A DNA stretch of 64,000 bases from Rhabdothermincola salaria (GTDB lineage: Bacteria; Actinomycetota; Acidimicrobiia; Acidimicrobiales; Acidimicrobilacustridaceae): assembly GCF_021246445.1 (NCBI RefSeq), contig NZ_JAJQXW010000002.1, positions 186,001 to 250,000 on the forward strand, given 5' to 3'. Below, in pieces: positions 1-10,001 of the stretch. The stretch's first letter is position 1. Each line of letters starts with the position of its first letter. The notes under the pieces were generated by a model that saw only the letters and a program-made list of their open reading frames with translations, ran no database searches and was not told where the DNA came from. The position numbers and the translations under genes were made by a program.

Positions 1-1685
1 AGGCTGCGGGCGAGATGGGCGAGCCACTCGCGCCGCCAGTAGCCGAGCAGGTCCCCTACGAGGTGCTCGGGGGTGTCGGGTCCGAAGCGATGCAGCTGGT
101 CTATGCGGTCGTAGAGAGCCGGCACGGCGTCGGCCAGTTCAAACTCGGCGACCCGCCACTGCATGTCTGGGCGGCGCTGGGCCACCAGCCAGTCGCGCAC
201 AGCCAGGGTGGCGAGCACGTCGTCGCGGTTGTAGGCGGCGATGCGCTCCAGCGCCGCCGGTTCACCCGAGTTCAGATAGGCGTCGTATTCGACGACGGCG
301 CCGGCGCCCTGGTCGATCCCGTGGCCCCTGATGTACCCGGTGACCCGCTCGACATGTTTGAGGCTGTAGGACTCGACGCCGATCTGGACGCCGTTGCGCA
401 CGGTCGGCAAGAGGTCGACGAAGGCACCGGTCTCGATCAGCCGCCCAAGGGCCGCCTCGCCCACGCCGTGGGTCGCAGTGAGCCGTTCGAGGGCGCTTCG
501 CTCGGTGTGGTTGTAGTGGTAGATGTGCATGCCCGGGTGAGCGGCGCGCCGCTCGGTGAGGAACTCCACGAGCCAGGCGGTGAGCTCGCGTTCGCCCTCG
601 AAGTCGTGGGCCCACCGGGCCTGGTATGCCCACTCGCCGTTTGAATCGCGGGCGAGTACACCGAACAAGAAGAACAACCCGATGTCGGGTCGCCAGAGTG
701 GGTGACCCTCGAAGTCCACGATCACGTCGCCGGGGTTGGGTGCCGGCAGGGTCTCAAAGCCGTGACCCCACCCGCCCGGGGCATCGGGGTCGTCACGAAG
801 CACGGCGAACGGGGGTGGCTCGCCTTCCGACAGGTTGCGGGCGGCGACCTGGAGCCGGGCCTGTCCGACCAGTCTGGTGAGCGTCTGGTCCGGCGTCGCA
901 GGAGGGTCGAGGGCAGCGAGCTGCGACATCGTGGTCACTGCGCCGGCGGCCAGGTCCTCGCGATCGCGGCGGGAGATCCCGGCGACGTAGATCAGCGAGT
1001 CGGCCGCCCGCCACTCGGCGTCGCATACGCCGGCGAAGTCACAGAACTCGCAGTGCGAGCATGGCTCCGCCGCCGTGTCGGCAGGCTCGGAGTCGGCGAG
1101 CAGCCGGGCCAGGTGGCCGCGCATGCGCCGCCAATAGGGGGCGTAGTCGGCGACGGGGAGCGACTCGATACGCCCAGAACCGAGCCAGAGGTGCACGTAC
1201 CTGGGGGCCACCCCGGTGTGAGCCTCGATCGCCTCGGCGTAGAAGCACAGCTGCAGCACGTGGGCCGGCGCTGCGGTGGTCCGCGTCAGCTTGGCGTCCA
1301 CCGGCTCGAAGCGAACCCCGTCGGTGTCCTCGATGCGCACCACGAAGTCCGCAATGCCACGTACACCGCCGTGGGCGAGCGGTACCTGGTAGGTGACTTC
1401 GTGGCCGCCGACGAACGGGTCGCCGAGGCGGGCCATCCACCTCTCGAAACTCTCGCCGCGGCGCCGCCCAGGTATTTCGAGCAACGACGTTGCCACTGAG
1501 CGGTAGTGCTCGAGGCAGGCGGTTTCATGGGCGAGACCTTTGTCGGCTACGAGGCGGGCGAAGGCGCCGACACCGCTCGCAGGGCGGGTCATCTCGCCGT
1601 TGTCGACTCGGCGCTCGAGCGTCACTGCGTGCGAACACTCGAGCCAGGCGCTGATCCGGGAGGGAGTGAGAATGTCGTCAGTCAC
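1..1685 (-). CDS. TM0106 family RecB-like nuclease (probably nuclease-helicase fusion); runs off the left edge
   Basis: Not in the ORF track. Manual translation from GTG 1685 (GGAG upstream): MTDDILTPSRISAWLECSH...GIADFVVRI...EPVDAKL...HVLQLCFY...YNRDDVLAT..VRDWL...LLGYWRRE. Confidence 0.85.
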   Translation of the reverse strand, partial: MTDDILTPSRISAWLECSHAVTLERRVDNGEMTRPASGVGAFARLVADKGLAHETACLEHYRSVATSLLEIPGRRRGESFERWMARLGDPFVGGHEVTYQVPLAHGGVRGIADFVVRIEDTDGVRFEPVDAKLTRTTAAPAHVLQLCFYAEAIEAHTGVAPRYVHLWLGSGRIESLPVADYAPYWRRMRGHLARLLADSEPADTAAEPCSHCEFCDFAGVCDAEWRAADSLIYVAGISRRDREDLAAGAVTTMSQLAALDPPATPDQTLTRLVGQARLQVAARNLSEGEPPPFAVLRDDPDAPGGWGHGFETLPAPNPGDVIVDFEGHPLWRPDIGLFFLFGVLARDSNGEWAYQARWAHDFEGERELTAWLVEFLTERRAAHPGMHIYHYNHTERSALERLTATHGVGEAALGRLIETGAFVDLLPTVRNGVQIGVESYSLKHVERVTGYIRGHGIDQGAGAVVEYDAYLNSGEPAALERIAAYNRDDVLATLAVRDWLVAQRRPDMQWRVAEFELADAVPALYDRIDQLHRFGPDTPEHLVGDLLGYWRREWLAHLARS

Positions 1686-1836
1686 TGTGCTCGCTTCTCC
1701 ATCGGTCCAATGCCGGGCACCCGCCGTGTCCCGCTGCCACTCATCATGGCTGCCGCCGCTCTGCGCTGTTGGTGCGGTGAACCAACGGAGCTCTCCGTTC
1801 CCTGGTGCCGCCAGGCTCTTGTCATCGCCGACATGG

Positions 1837-2457
1837 TCATGCGGCGCGCCGGATCCGGCTGATCACCCCAGCGACGTCAATGGGTTTGTCACGGAACCAG
1901 TCGCCGAGCTCCTCGAACGCTGCGCCCGCACGATCCGAGTCCATTCCGGTGGACTCGACGTGGTGGACCAGAGCCGAGTCGGCATAGAGGATGGCGGCGA
2001 TTGGGCGCACCGCCCGGATGGCGTCGAGGGCTTCGGTGACGCGCCAGCCATCGGCGAGCAGCAGACGGAACGCCATCGAGGGGCCGCGATTCACGCCCAT
2101 GTGGCAGTGCACCAGCAGCCGGTCGCCGTGACGGCGTTCGGCCAGCACGGCCAGCCCGGCGTCCCACCACTTGTCGGGTTGGCGATCGCCGGCGTCATGG
2201 GTGCCCAGATGGTGGTAGGCGATGTGGGGCGCGACGCTTGCCACGAGCTCCTCATCGCTCCACTCCTCGCGCACATCGACGATGCGGGTCACCCCGAGAC
2301 CGTCCCAGTCCGCCAGTTGGGCGACAGCGCGCTCGAGGTCGTGGTGTAGGTCGCCGCACACCACCAGCCACTCACACACCTCGCCCGGGCGGCGGTGCCA
2401 GGCGGCGGCATCGACGCTGCGGCGGCTGGGGAACTGCTTGGGGCTCCGGTTGTTCAT
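1837..2457 (-). CDS. Dual-specificity / protein-tyrosine phosphatase family protein
   Basis: CX5R catalytic loop LVHCHMGVNRG; AGGA upstream. Confidence 0.85.
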   Translation of the reverse strand: MNNRSPKQFPSRRSVDAAAWHRRPGEVCEWLVVCGDLHHDLERAVAQLADWDGLGVTRIVDVREEWSDEELVASVAPHIAYHHLGTHDAGDRQPDKWWDAGLAVLAERRHGDRLLVHCHMGVNRGPSMAFRLLLADGWRVTEALDAIRAVRPIAAILYADSALVHHVESTGMDSDRAGAAFEELGDWFRDKPIDVAGVISRIRRAA

Positions 2458-2704
2458 CCTCGGTTCCTGTCCTTTCTCATCTGGGACGGTGCGGTGCCGG
2501 CCCGGCTGATGAACGCCGCCGGGGGCGGGCGGTGTGCGCGCCTTGAGAGAGGAACTCGACGGGGCCTCGTGAGCCGTTCATCACCCTTCGAGACGGTGGT
2601 CGAGCCGATGCGACACCGGCGGTCGCCGCGCACACGCCGCTTGCTCGGCGGCGTTCGGGTGCTGTCACCCGCCCGTCGGTGGCAGGCCCGAGGAGGGACG
2701 CACA

Positions 2705-3658
2705 TTGAAGGTTTTCACCCACGACACCGCTGCGGACGTCGCTGACGGCTTCGACACCATCCGCAAGGCCGGTGAGATCGCCGAGTCCTTGCGCACCAAT
2801 CCCCTCTGGGGCATCGAACTGGTCGAGGCCCCGTTCGTGAGCGAGGCGGACCTGACCGAGATCCACGACGCCGACTACGTCGAGGCGGTGCGTACTGGCC
2901 AGCCTCACGACCTGGCAGTGAGTTCGGGTCTGAAGTGGAGCGAGGCGCTTTGGGACTCAGTGTGTGCCAGCACCGGGGCTGTGGTCGCCGCCGCCGAGGA
3001 CGCCCTCGTCGACGGCGCCGCGTTCGCCCTCTCCGCCGGCCTGCACCATGCCCGCGTTGGTGGTGGTTCGGGGTACTGCACGTTCAACGCTCTGGCCCTC
3101 GTTGCTCGCCGCCACGCCCTGGCTGGGCGGTGCGTTGTGGTTGTGGACCTTGACGCCCACTGCGGCGGCGGGACCTGGTCAATCCTTCGCGACGTCGACG
3201 GCGTAGGACAGGCCGACGTGGCGACCAGCGCGTACGACGCGTACGACACCGGCGTCGCCCACCGCACCTACCTCGAGCGGGTGACCGCCGCCGGGCGCTA
3301 TCTCGGCGCCGTCGAGCGGGCACTGGCATGGATCGAAGACGGCGACCGCCCCGATCTGGTCCTCTACAACGCAGGGGTCGACCCCCACGAGCGGTGCAGC
3401 ACCGGTGGGCTTGGCGGGGTCACCACCCAGATGCTCGCCGAGCGGGACGCTCTTGTGGCGGCATGGTGCCGGCTCAACGACATCGCCGTGGCGGGAGTGC
3501 TCGCCGGGGGCTACACCGGCCCTCGCCTCAGTTCCGCCGACGTCGTCGGGCTACACCGCCAGACGATCGCAGCCCTAGCCCCACTGGCCTCGGGCCCCAC
3601 CGCTGGTGAGTCGACTCCGCACGTTCGAACACGGAACCGACCTGATCTGGCAGGCTGA
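2705..3658 (+). CDS. Histone deacetylase (HDAC/AcuC) family Zn-dependent deacetylase
   Basis: GLHHA..GGGSGYCTFN, VDLDAHCGGGT, YNAGVD and GGY motifs; AGGAGG before TTG start. Confidence 0.85.
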   Translation: MKVFTHDTAADVADGFDTIRKAGEIAESLRTNPLWGIELVEAPFVSEADLTEIHDADYVEAVRTGQPHDLAVSSGLKWSEALWDSVCASTGAVVAAAEDALVDGAAFALSAGLHHARVGGGSGYCTFNALALVARRHALAGRCVVVVDLDAHCGGGTWSILRDVDGVGQADVATSAYDAYDTGVAHRTYLERVTAAGRYLGAVERALAWIEDGDRPDLVLYNAGVDPHERCSTGGLGGVTTQMLAERDALVAAWCRLNDIAVAGVLAGGYTGPRLSSADVVGLHRQTIAALAPLASGPTAGESTPHVRTRNRPDLAG

Positions 3659-4044
3659 CAACTGGTGTGGAGATGACTCGAGCCCCGCAGGCGATCGAAC
3701 GGAAGCCGGGACAGGACTCACACGTGAAGACTCCGGACGGCCCACCATGCGTAGGACAGAGTGCTTCAACCAGCCTCGCCAGGTCGTCCACGTCGTCGCC
3801 GAGACAGAAGAGCTCCAACCGAGGGGGTATCGAGCTTGCTCGACGGGAACACGGCCGGGCCACGGAACCGTGCGGACGAGGTGCCCGGCTGCCTCGCAGA
3901 CACCTCAAGGGTTCTCTCCCGTCACCTCGCCGGCGTCATTCGGCGAGGCTCGTCGGTAGTAGCCAGCCGGTGACGGATCGTCTCGCCACTGATGTTTCGC
4001 CCAGCCCGCTCACAGTTCTGCCGGCTGTCGAAGGAAGCTGAAAC

Positions 4045-5136
4045 GTGAAGCTGTCTGAGGGTCTGGACAAGCCCACCACCGCCGCCCCGTGGCAGACGCT
4101 GCGGAACCAGTTCCTGCGCACTCTCGTGCGGGTCCAGGCGTCGGACGGCAACTGGCTGAGTGCGGTCGACGCAGTCGCAGCGTTCGGCGCACCGCTGTTC
4201 GTGATCACCGCCGCCAACCCGAACTCCAAGCGGGCGTCCAACGCCGAGAACGCCCGTCGCAGTGCGGAACTGCGCGACGCGCTCGTGGCTGGTGGCGCTC
4301 AGCCGCGCCGCGCCGTCGGTACCTCTGCCGACGGTCGATGGTCCGAGGCGTCCTGGGCGGTCAGTGGCCTCGGCCGCAAAGGTGCCAGGGAACTGGGACG
4401 CGAGTTCGGCCAGCTGGCCGTCTTCGAGCTGACGGCAACCGAGCTTCGCGTCCATGGGTGCGCGTCGTCGTGGGTCGAGACACGTCCCCTCACCTCCGAG
4501 ACGTGGGAACCGGCTCTCGAGTCCGACGTCGACCTCGCCCAGGCGGTAGCCGATCTGCTCGGGATCGAGGTCAACACCGGGAAGTGGTCCGAGGGCAAGG
4601 AGCCGGGATGGGTCCACGAAGACGGCGTCGGGCTCGACTGCCGGTGCGGCGAACACCTCGAGCTCTTCGGCTGCGAGCGCACCGCCAAGCGAGGCGGTCG
4701 ATACCGAGCAGTGGCGTTGGTGTGCCCAAACGAGCAGAGCGTGCTGTTCGGTCGCAACGCCACACCGGCGCAGAAGTCGGTGGTGAAGCGACGCCGCACC
4801 TATCTCATGGCGCGCCGAGACGCCGACCGCAAACGCCTGAGCGAACGCGCCTACTGGTGCTACGTGATCGAGCTGGCTGATACGGCGGGCCCTCGATCGT
4901 CGCCGCTGCCCTGGCTCTACGTGGGGCAGAGCGCGCTGACACCCGACGAGCGCTTGGCCCAGCACCGGGCAGGTATCAGAGCCAGCAAGTGGCCTCGCAA
5001 CCACGCCGTTGGGCTCCGAGCGGATCTCTACGACCAGCAGCCGGTTCTGCGGTCACAGGAAGAGGCTCGCGCCTACGAGACCTGGTGGGCCGAGGTCCTC
5101 GCCGTGCGGGGTTGGGCCATCAAGGGTGGCCACTGA
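4045..5136 (+). CDS. DUF3293 domain fused to a C-terminal GIY-YIG-like domain
   Basis: N-terminal FVITAANPNS..ENARR..L..W.EASWAV..GREFGQLAVF (DUF3293 pattern); C-terminal CYVIEL..LYVGQS..PDERLAQH..E. Confidence 0.65.
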   Translation: MKLSEGLDKPTTAAPWQTLRNQFLRTLVRVQASDGNWLSAVDAVAAFGAPLFVITAANPNSKRASNAENARRSAELRDALVAGGAQPRRAVGTSADGRWSEASWAVSGLGRKGARELGREFGQLAVFELTATELRVHGCASSWVETRPLTSETWEPALESDVDLAQAVADLLGIEVNTGKWSEGKEPGWVHEDGVGLDCRCGEHLELFGCERTAKRGGRYRAVALVCPNEQSVLFGRNATPAQKSVVKRRRTYLMARRDADRKRLSERAYWCYVIELADTAGPRSSPLPWLYVGQSALTPDERLAQHRAGIRASKWPRNHAVGLRADLYDQQPVLRSQEEARAYETWWAEVLAVRGWAIKGGH

Positions 5137-5197
5137 TAGCGACGCTGTCACCACCCTTACGTACCGTCGCTTTGAGCTGGACAGAGGAGTTGTAGGC

Positions 5198-7984
5198 ATG
5201 GCACAGGTGGCCGCTGCCGGCGGGGAGCCGGTGAACCACGGCGAGGAACTCACGATCGATGTCCTCGAAAGGGCACTCGGTGACGACGTCCGTCTGATCG
5301 CCAACTGGGAGGTCGTGCACCCGACCCGTGTGGACGAGTGTGACGTGATCGTCGTCAGCCCCGACGGTGTGTTCATCGTCGAGGTCAAGTATCTGTTCCC
5401 ACCGGTGGTGGTCGAGGAGAACGCATTCTTCGTGGGCGGCAAGACCCGCACGCATCCGTGGCACCTGACCAACCACAAGGCCAAGCGTCTTCGTACCAAG
5501 CTGAACGACAAGGTCCCCGGGTTCAGACAGGACGGGTGGGTCGAACCGCTTGTCGTGTTGGCTCGGGAACCGGAAGTTCTCGATGTGGACCTGCTCATGA
5601 TCAACCGGGTCGTGCTGTTGAACCGCGCCGTCGAGCTCCTGGCGCCACCTTCCCCCTTGATCGCACCACAGCGTCGCGGCCGCCTCGCCGGCCGGGTCGA
5701 CGAGGTTGTCGAGGCCATCATCGGCGCAGGTCGGGCCGCCGGAGGCGCTCAGCTCGTCGTGCCCGGTTACCGCCTCGACGAGTGCCTCTTCGCCGAGCCC
5801 GGGTACTCGATGTGGATCGCCACTCTTGAGTTGACCGGCCAGCAGTTCACCCTCGAACGTGCCGAGTTGCCGGCCGGGATGGTCGGTGCTGTTGCCGAGG
5901 GTTGGCGTGCCGGGGAGGCCGACGTCTTCAGAGCCGCTCAACAGATCGGTCCGCACGCTGGTGTGATTGGGCCGTTGGCGTGTTTCGACCTCGACGACGG
6001 TTCGGTCGTCACGATCTGGCCGGCACCGGACGCGACGCCGCTCAGCCTCCATCTCGCCGCCGCCGACGACGTACTCGACGCTGAGGAGGCCGAGCGCCTC
6101 GCCGCTGACATCGCCGATGCGTTGGCCCACGTCCACGCCAAGGGCATGGGCCACGGCTCCGTGTCATCAGCGACGGCCCAGGTGCTCGCCGACGGGCACG
6201 GCGCCCTGCGGTTGGGTCACGCGATCAGCGACGACCCCGGCGTCGTCATGGCCGACGGGGGGGCCCTCGCCGACCTGTTCGACCAGTTGGCCGAGGCCTC
6301 GACAACGAAGTCCTTGGCCGATCTCGCTGCCGAGCTACGCGCCGGCACGCTTTCCTGCGCCCAGGCCCGAGAGGCACTGGTCGGGGCGGCGCCGGCGCCG
6401 GCCGGCCCGGCGGAGGTCCTGCCTTCGGTGTGGGACCTCTACACCCTCGCCGGGCCGCTCACCGACGAACCGGCCCACACCTTCCTCGCACGGGACGAGG
6501 GCGGCGACGTCGTGGTCAAGCTCCTCGAAGGCTTCGATGAGGAGGACCCCGAGACCTGGAACGAGTACCGAGTCCTGCGGGGCCTCAACCATGAGTGCAT
6601 CGTGCGCGCCATCGGCGCCGGCGTCGCCGCCGAGGGCCCCTACCTCGTCACCACCTATCTCGATGGACCAAGCCTCCGCGAGGCGATCGACGCCGGCCTG
6701 GTCCGCTCCACCGACCGGGTCCTCAGCACGGTGCTCGAGCTGCTCGGCGCTCTCGACGTGATGCACCCCGACCCCAACGCCCGTCGCCAGCTCACCTCTC
6801 TCGAGCGCAGCGAGACCGACATGGCCACGTTCCGGTCCCTGCGCGACTCAAGCGAGAAGGGCGTGGTCCACAACGACATTCGCCCCGAGAACGTGCGCCT
6901 CGTCGGCGGCCGGCGTCCGATCCTGTTCGACTTCGATCTGGCCGCCCGGCCCGGTGCCCTCGTCGGCGTGGTCGCCTCCCCCTACCGGCCCGAAGACCTC
7001 CCCGCCGGTGAGGTGGCGGTCGATGCTGACCTCTACGCCGTGGGGGTGATGCTCCACGAGTTGCTCACCGGCAAGCAGCCGTTCCGAACCGATGGCGCCG
7101 GACGGCGTGTGCTGGCCGTCGACGAGTCCCTGCCTCCCGAGATCGCCAGCGTGATCCGCCAGGCTTGCGCCCCCCGTCAGCACCAACGCTTTCGCACCGC
7201 CAGCGAGTTCAGCGAGGCGCTCGTGGCCGCCGGCGTCGGCGGCGGGCTGGGCATCGAAGTCGAACCCGGCGCAGCCGAGCTGCTCAGCCGAATCGACCGA
7301 TTGTGGCGGGACAAGGACTTCGACGCGGCTCTCGACCTGTGCCCTGCGGACTGGGATCGCCTACGAGATCGCCTCGAGACAGCCCGTGACGCCGCCGCCC
7401 GGCCTGTCGACCTGGTCCTGGCCATCGAGGGGGTGGAGTTGCACCGTGTCGGTGAGCGGCTCATCGGGCCGGGGCAGACCGCCGGTGCGAGTCCCTTCGA
7501 GGAGGCGGTCGCAAGCGTCTACCGAGCAGTGCTCCCCGACGGCGGCTACGTCGACTTCGCGTACGCCTGCTCCGACGATGCCGGCGAAGCCTGGATCCAG
7601 GGACTCGACACACTTCACGTCCCGAGTCGATTGACCCGGCTTGCTCAAGGGTTGCGAGCAAGTGAACAGGAAGGCCCCGATCCGAACGCTGTGTACCTGA
7701 GGCTCCGTCAGGCCCGACTCACCCCCGACAGGGGCCCGGATTGGTCCAATGTGTTCAAGGCGTCACTCTCCGAACTGGACGCAGGTGCCGGTTGCGATGT
7801 CGCCGCTGTCTTGATGTCCGCCGGAGCGAAGGCGGTCGACTCCCAGGCGGTCGCCATCGGCGACACGGGGAGGACGCGAGGCGAGAGCTGCGTGGTCTAC
7901 GACCCCGACGAGCCCGGGGACGTCCCGGCGTTGGCCTACTTCCTCACCCGTGTGATCCCCCTCTACCGCTGCGTCAGCAACTAA
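5198..7984 (+). CDS. NERD nuclease domain + pseudokinase + Ser/Thr protein kinase (PglW-like N-terminal architecture)
   Basis: ECDVIVVSPDGVFIVEVK (NERD); degenerate first kinase domain; second domain VVVK..E..VVHNDIRPENV..DFDLA..ADLYAVGVMLHELLTG; AGAGGAG before ATG 5198. Confidence 0.8.
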   Translation: MAQVAAAGGEPVNHGEELTIDVLERALGDDVRLIANWEVVHPTRVDECDVIVVSPDGVFIVEVKYLFPPVVVEENAFFVGGKTRTHPWHLTNHKAKRLRTKLNDKVPGFRQDGWVEPLVVLAREPEVLDVDLLMINRVVLLNRAVELLAPPSPLIAPQRRGRLAGRVDEVVEAIIGAGRAAGGAQLVVPGYRLDECLFAEPGYSMWIATLELTGQQFTLERAELPAGMVGAVAEGWRAGEADVFRAAQQIGPHAGVIGPLACFDLDDGSVVTIWPAPDATPLSLHLAAADDVLDAEEAERLAADIADALAHVHAKGMGHGSVSSATAQVLADGHGALRLGHAISDDPGVVMADGGALADLFDQLAEASTTKSLADLAAELRAGTLSCAQAREALVGAAPAPAGPAEVLPSVWDLYTLAGPLTDEPAHTFLARDEGGDVVVKLLEGFDEEDPETWNEYRVLRGLNHECIVRAIGAGVAAEGPYLVTTYLDGPSLREAIDAGLVRSTDRVLSTVLELLGALDVMHPDPNARRQLTSLERSETDMATFRSLRDSSEKGVVHNDIRPENVRLVGGRRPILFDFDLAARPGALVGVVASPYRPEDLPAGEVAVDADLYAVGVMLHELLTGKQPFRTDGAGRRVLAVDESLPPEIASVIRQACAPRQHQRFRTASEFSEALVAAGVGGGLGIEVEPGAAELLSRIDRLWRDKDFDAALDLCPADWDRLRDRLETARDAAARPVDLVLAIEGVELHRVGERLIGPGQTAGASPFEEAVASVYRAVLPDGGYVDFAYACSDDAGEAWIQGLDTLHVPSRLTRLAQGLRASEQEGPDPNAVYLRLRQARLTPDRGPDWSNVFKASLSELDAGAGCDVAAVLMSAGAKAVDSQAVAIGDTGRTRGESCVVYDPDEPGDVPALAYFLTRVIPLYRCVSN

Positions 7985-8303
7985 GCGCGCGCGTCGATAG
8001 CCATTTCGCTGCGTTGACCTCACCATGGCCCAGCCGAGATCTTCTCGCAGTACCGAGACCGCACCTACAGCCTGGGCTCGGCGGCAAGCGACCTCGACAC
8101 CGTTGACGACCTCATCGTGCTCGTCGCCGATGACGACTCAGCCCTGCGAGACGCCGGTCGGGTCGTCGCACCCGTGACCCTGGGTCACGGGTGCACTGAC
8201 CCGTCGGCCTGTGGTGGGTTTCCCGAACTCAACCCTTGACAGACCCCACGGGTGAGCCACGCGGGCGCGCACACGATGTCAAGCCGGTGACGTTCTGGTT
8301 CAC

Positions 8304-9860
8304 ATGGACATGAGACCTGCCACCGAGACGGCATTCGACCCCACGCGCACCGCATGGCGCGACAACACCGACGATGCCGGCGCTCCTACCGAAACCGATC
8401 GGTTCAGCCGGGCCGTTGTGCTCTGCCTTGACTGGTGCGGAACAGAGGGGCTCGACCGCCACATGGTCGACGACATCGCCGACGAGGTCGGTTTGGCGAC
8501 CACCGACGTCCCCGGGCTGGTCCGGGCTCTGCGCCACACCGGCGTCGCCGTCACCCCTGGCGAGGAGCCCGACGAGCCGGGCTGGAGCGGCGGGGGGACC
8601 AAGCGGGTTCTCAAAATGTGCCCAATCGATCTGCTCAGCGCCAGGCAGGAGCGCCAGCTGGCCGTCGGGGTTCGCGAGGGCGTGCAAGCCAGGGAGGCGC
8701 TCAACGCTGGCGGGGACGTCCTCAACCCGGGTGACCGGCGCCAGCTCCGGGCGGTCGTCGCCCGCGGGGAACGGGCTCGAGACCAACTGGTCCTGCACAA
8801 CGTGCGGCTGGTCCACTCCACCGCTGCGAAGTACCGCAGCCGAGCCGGTAACACCCTCGAGATCGACGACCTGTTCCAGGAGGGCTACTTCGGGCTCCGC
8901 AAGGCCGTCGAGGCCTTTGACCCCAGCCGGGGCTTCCGGTTCTCCACCTATGCGATGCCCTGGATCCGCCAGTCCATCAACCGGGCGATCGACAACACGG
9001 CCCGCCTCATCCGACTCCCAGTCCATCGCGCCGATTCAGTTCGCAACGCCATCGCCGAGGAGCGGGCGTTCGAACGGTTCTTCCATCGGGCGCCCACCGA
9101 CCCCGAGCTCGCCGAGCGGCTCGGCATCGATCTGGAAGCCTGCCGTCAGTTGCGGGCCTTGGCCTGCCGGCCGGTGCCGGTGCATCTGCCCGATGTCGAC
9201 GACGGGTACCTCCGAACCCTTGAGACCGGCGAGCATCTGCAGATCGATCCGACCATCGCCGTCGATGACCGGGCCGCTGCCGACTGGTTCTTGGCGAGGT
9301 TGAACGAACGAGAGCAGACGATCCTGCGGCGCCGCTTCGGTCTCGACACTGGTGAGGCGGAGACACTCGATGCGATCGGGCGGTCGATGGGCCTCACCCG
9401 TGAACGCATCCGCCAGATCGAAAAGGCGGCGCTCGAGCAGTTGCGGGCCCTCGCCCAAAGCGAGAACGAGACCGAGGCGGCACCCACTCCGTGCCAGCCG
9501 GGGCGGCGCCGGCCCAGGAGGCGTGCCCAACGCCTCGTTGCGGTGGTGGCCGCCGACCAGGTGGCCGACGAGGCGGACCCGGACGCGGCCAATACGGATC
9601 GGTCAGCACCGCCGAACGATGAGAAGCCCATCGTCGACGACGGGTACCGCTTCGTGCCGTCAGTCGATGTCGACGCCGTGCGCCCCATGAATCCCGGCAC
9701 TGAGGTGTCAGACATCGACCTGGCACCGGCGGCCGTCTTCGACGGCACGGTCACCGAAATCGCCCGGCGGCTGGAGGTCGTCGAGTCGCTAGCAAAGACG
9801 GGTCTGATCACTCCCGACGAGCGCAACCAGACTCGCCACCACATCCTGCTCGCCGTCTGA
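8304..9860 (+). CDS. Sigma-70 family (RpoD-like) sigma factor with a C-terminal extension ending in a SHOCT-like motif
   Basis: NVRLVHSTAAKY, DLFQEGYFGLRKAVEAFDPSRGFRFSTYA..WIRQ, RLIRLPVH, TLDAIGRSMGLTRERIRQIE; C-terminus LEVVESLAKTGLITPDERNQTRHHIL. Confidence 0.85.
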   Translation: MDMRPATETAFDPTRTAWRDNTDDAGAPTETDRFSRAVVLCLDWCGTEGLDRHMVDDIADEVGLATTDVPGLVRALRHTGVAVTPGEEPDEPGWSGGGTKRVLKMCPIDLLSARQERQLAVGVREGVQAREALNAGGDVLNPGDRRQLRAVVARGERARDQLVLHNVRLVHSTAAKYRSRAGNTLEIDDLFQEGYFGLRKAVEAFDPSRGFRFSTYAMPWIRQSINRAIDNTARLIRLPVHRADSVRNAIAEERAFERFFHRAPTDPELAERLGIDLEACRQLRALACRPVPVHLPDVDDGYLRTLETGEHLQIDPTIAVDDRAAADWFLARLNEREQTILRRRFGLDTGEAETLDAIGRSMGLTRERIRQIEKAALEQLRALAQSENETEAAPTPCQPGRRRPRRRAQRLVAVVAADQVADEADPDAANTDRSAPPNDEKPIVDDGYRFVPSVDVDAVRPMNPGTEVSDIDLAPAAVFDGTVTEIARRLEVVESLAKTGLITPDERNQTRHHILLAV

Positions 9861-10001
9861 CTCTGCTCCCGGAACGCAAAGGCGACGGCCCACGTCCTCG
9901 ATCAGTCGTCTCACCCATCTGTCAGGATGTCCCCGACCGAAAGCCTTCGCGGCGGATCTTTGGGCGGGGACTTGTCGAGGTGACGTTGAAGGTGGGCATG
10001 A

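Noticed and set aside
2506..2660. Hammerhead ribozyme (CTGATGA followed by a stem)
   Set aside because: No GAAA after the stem and no suitable cleavage-site geometry.
8236..8265. Sigma70 promoter at TTGACA upstream of the sigma gene
   Set aside because: No credible -10 element at 16-18 nt spacing.
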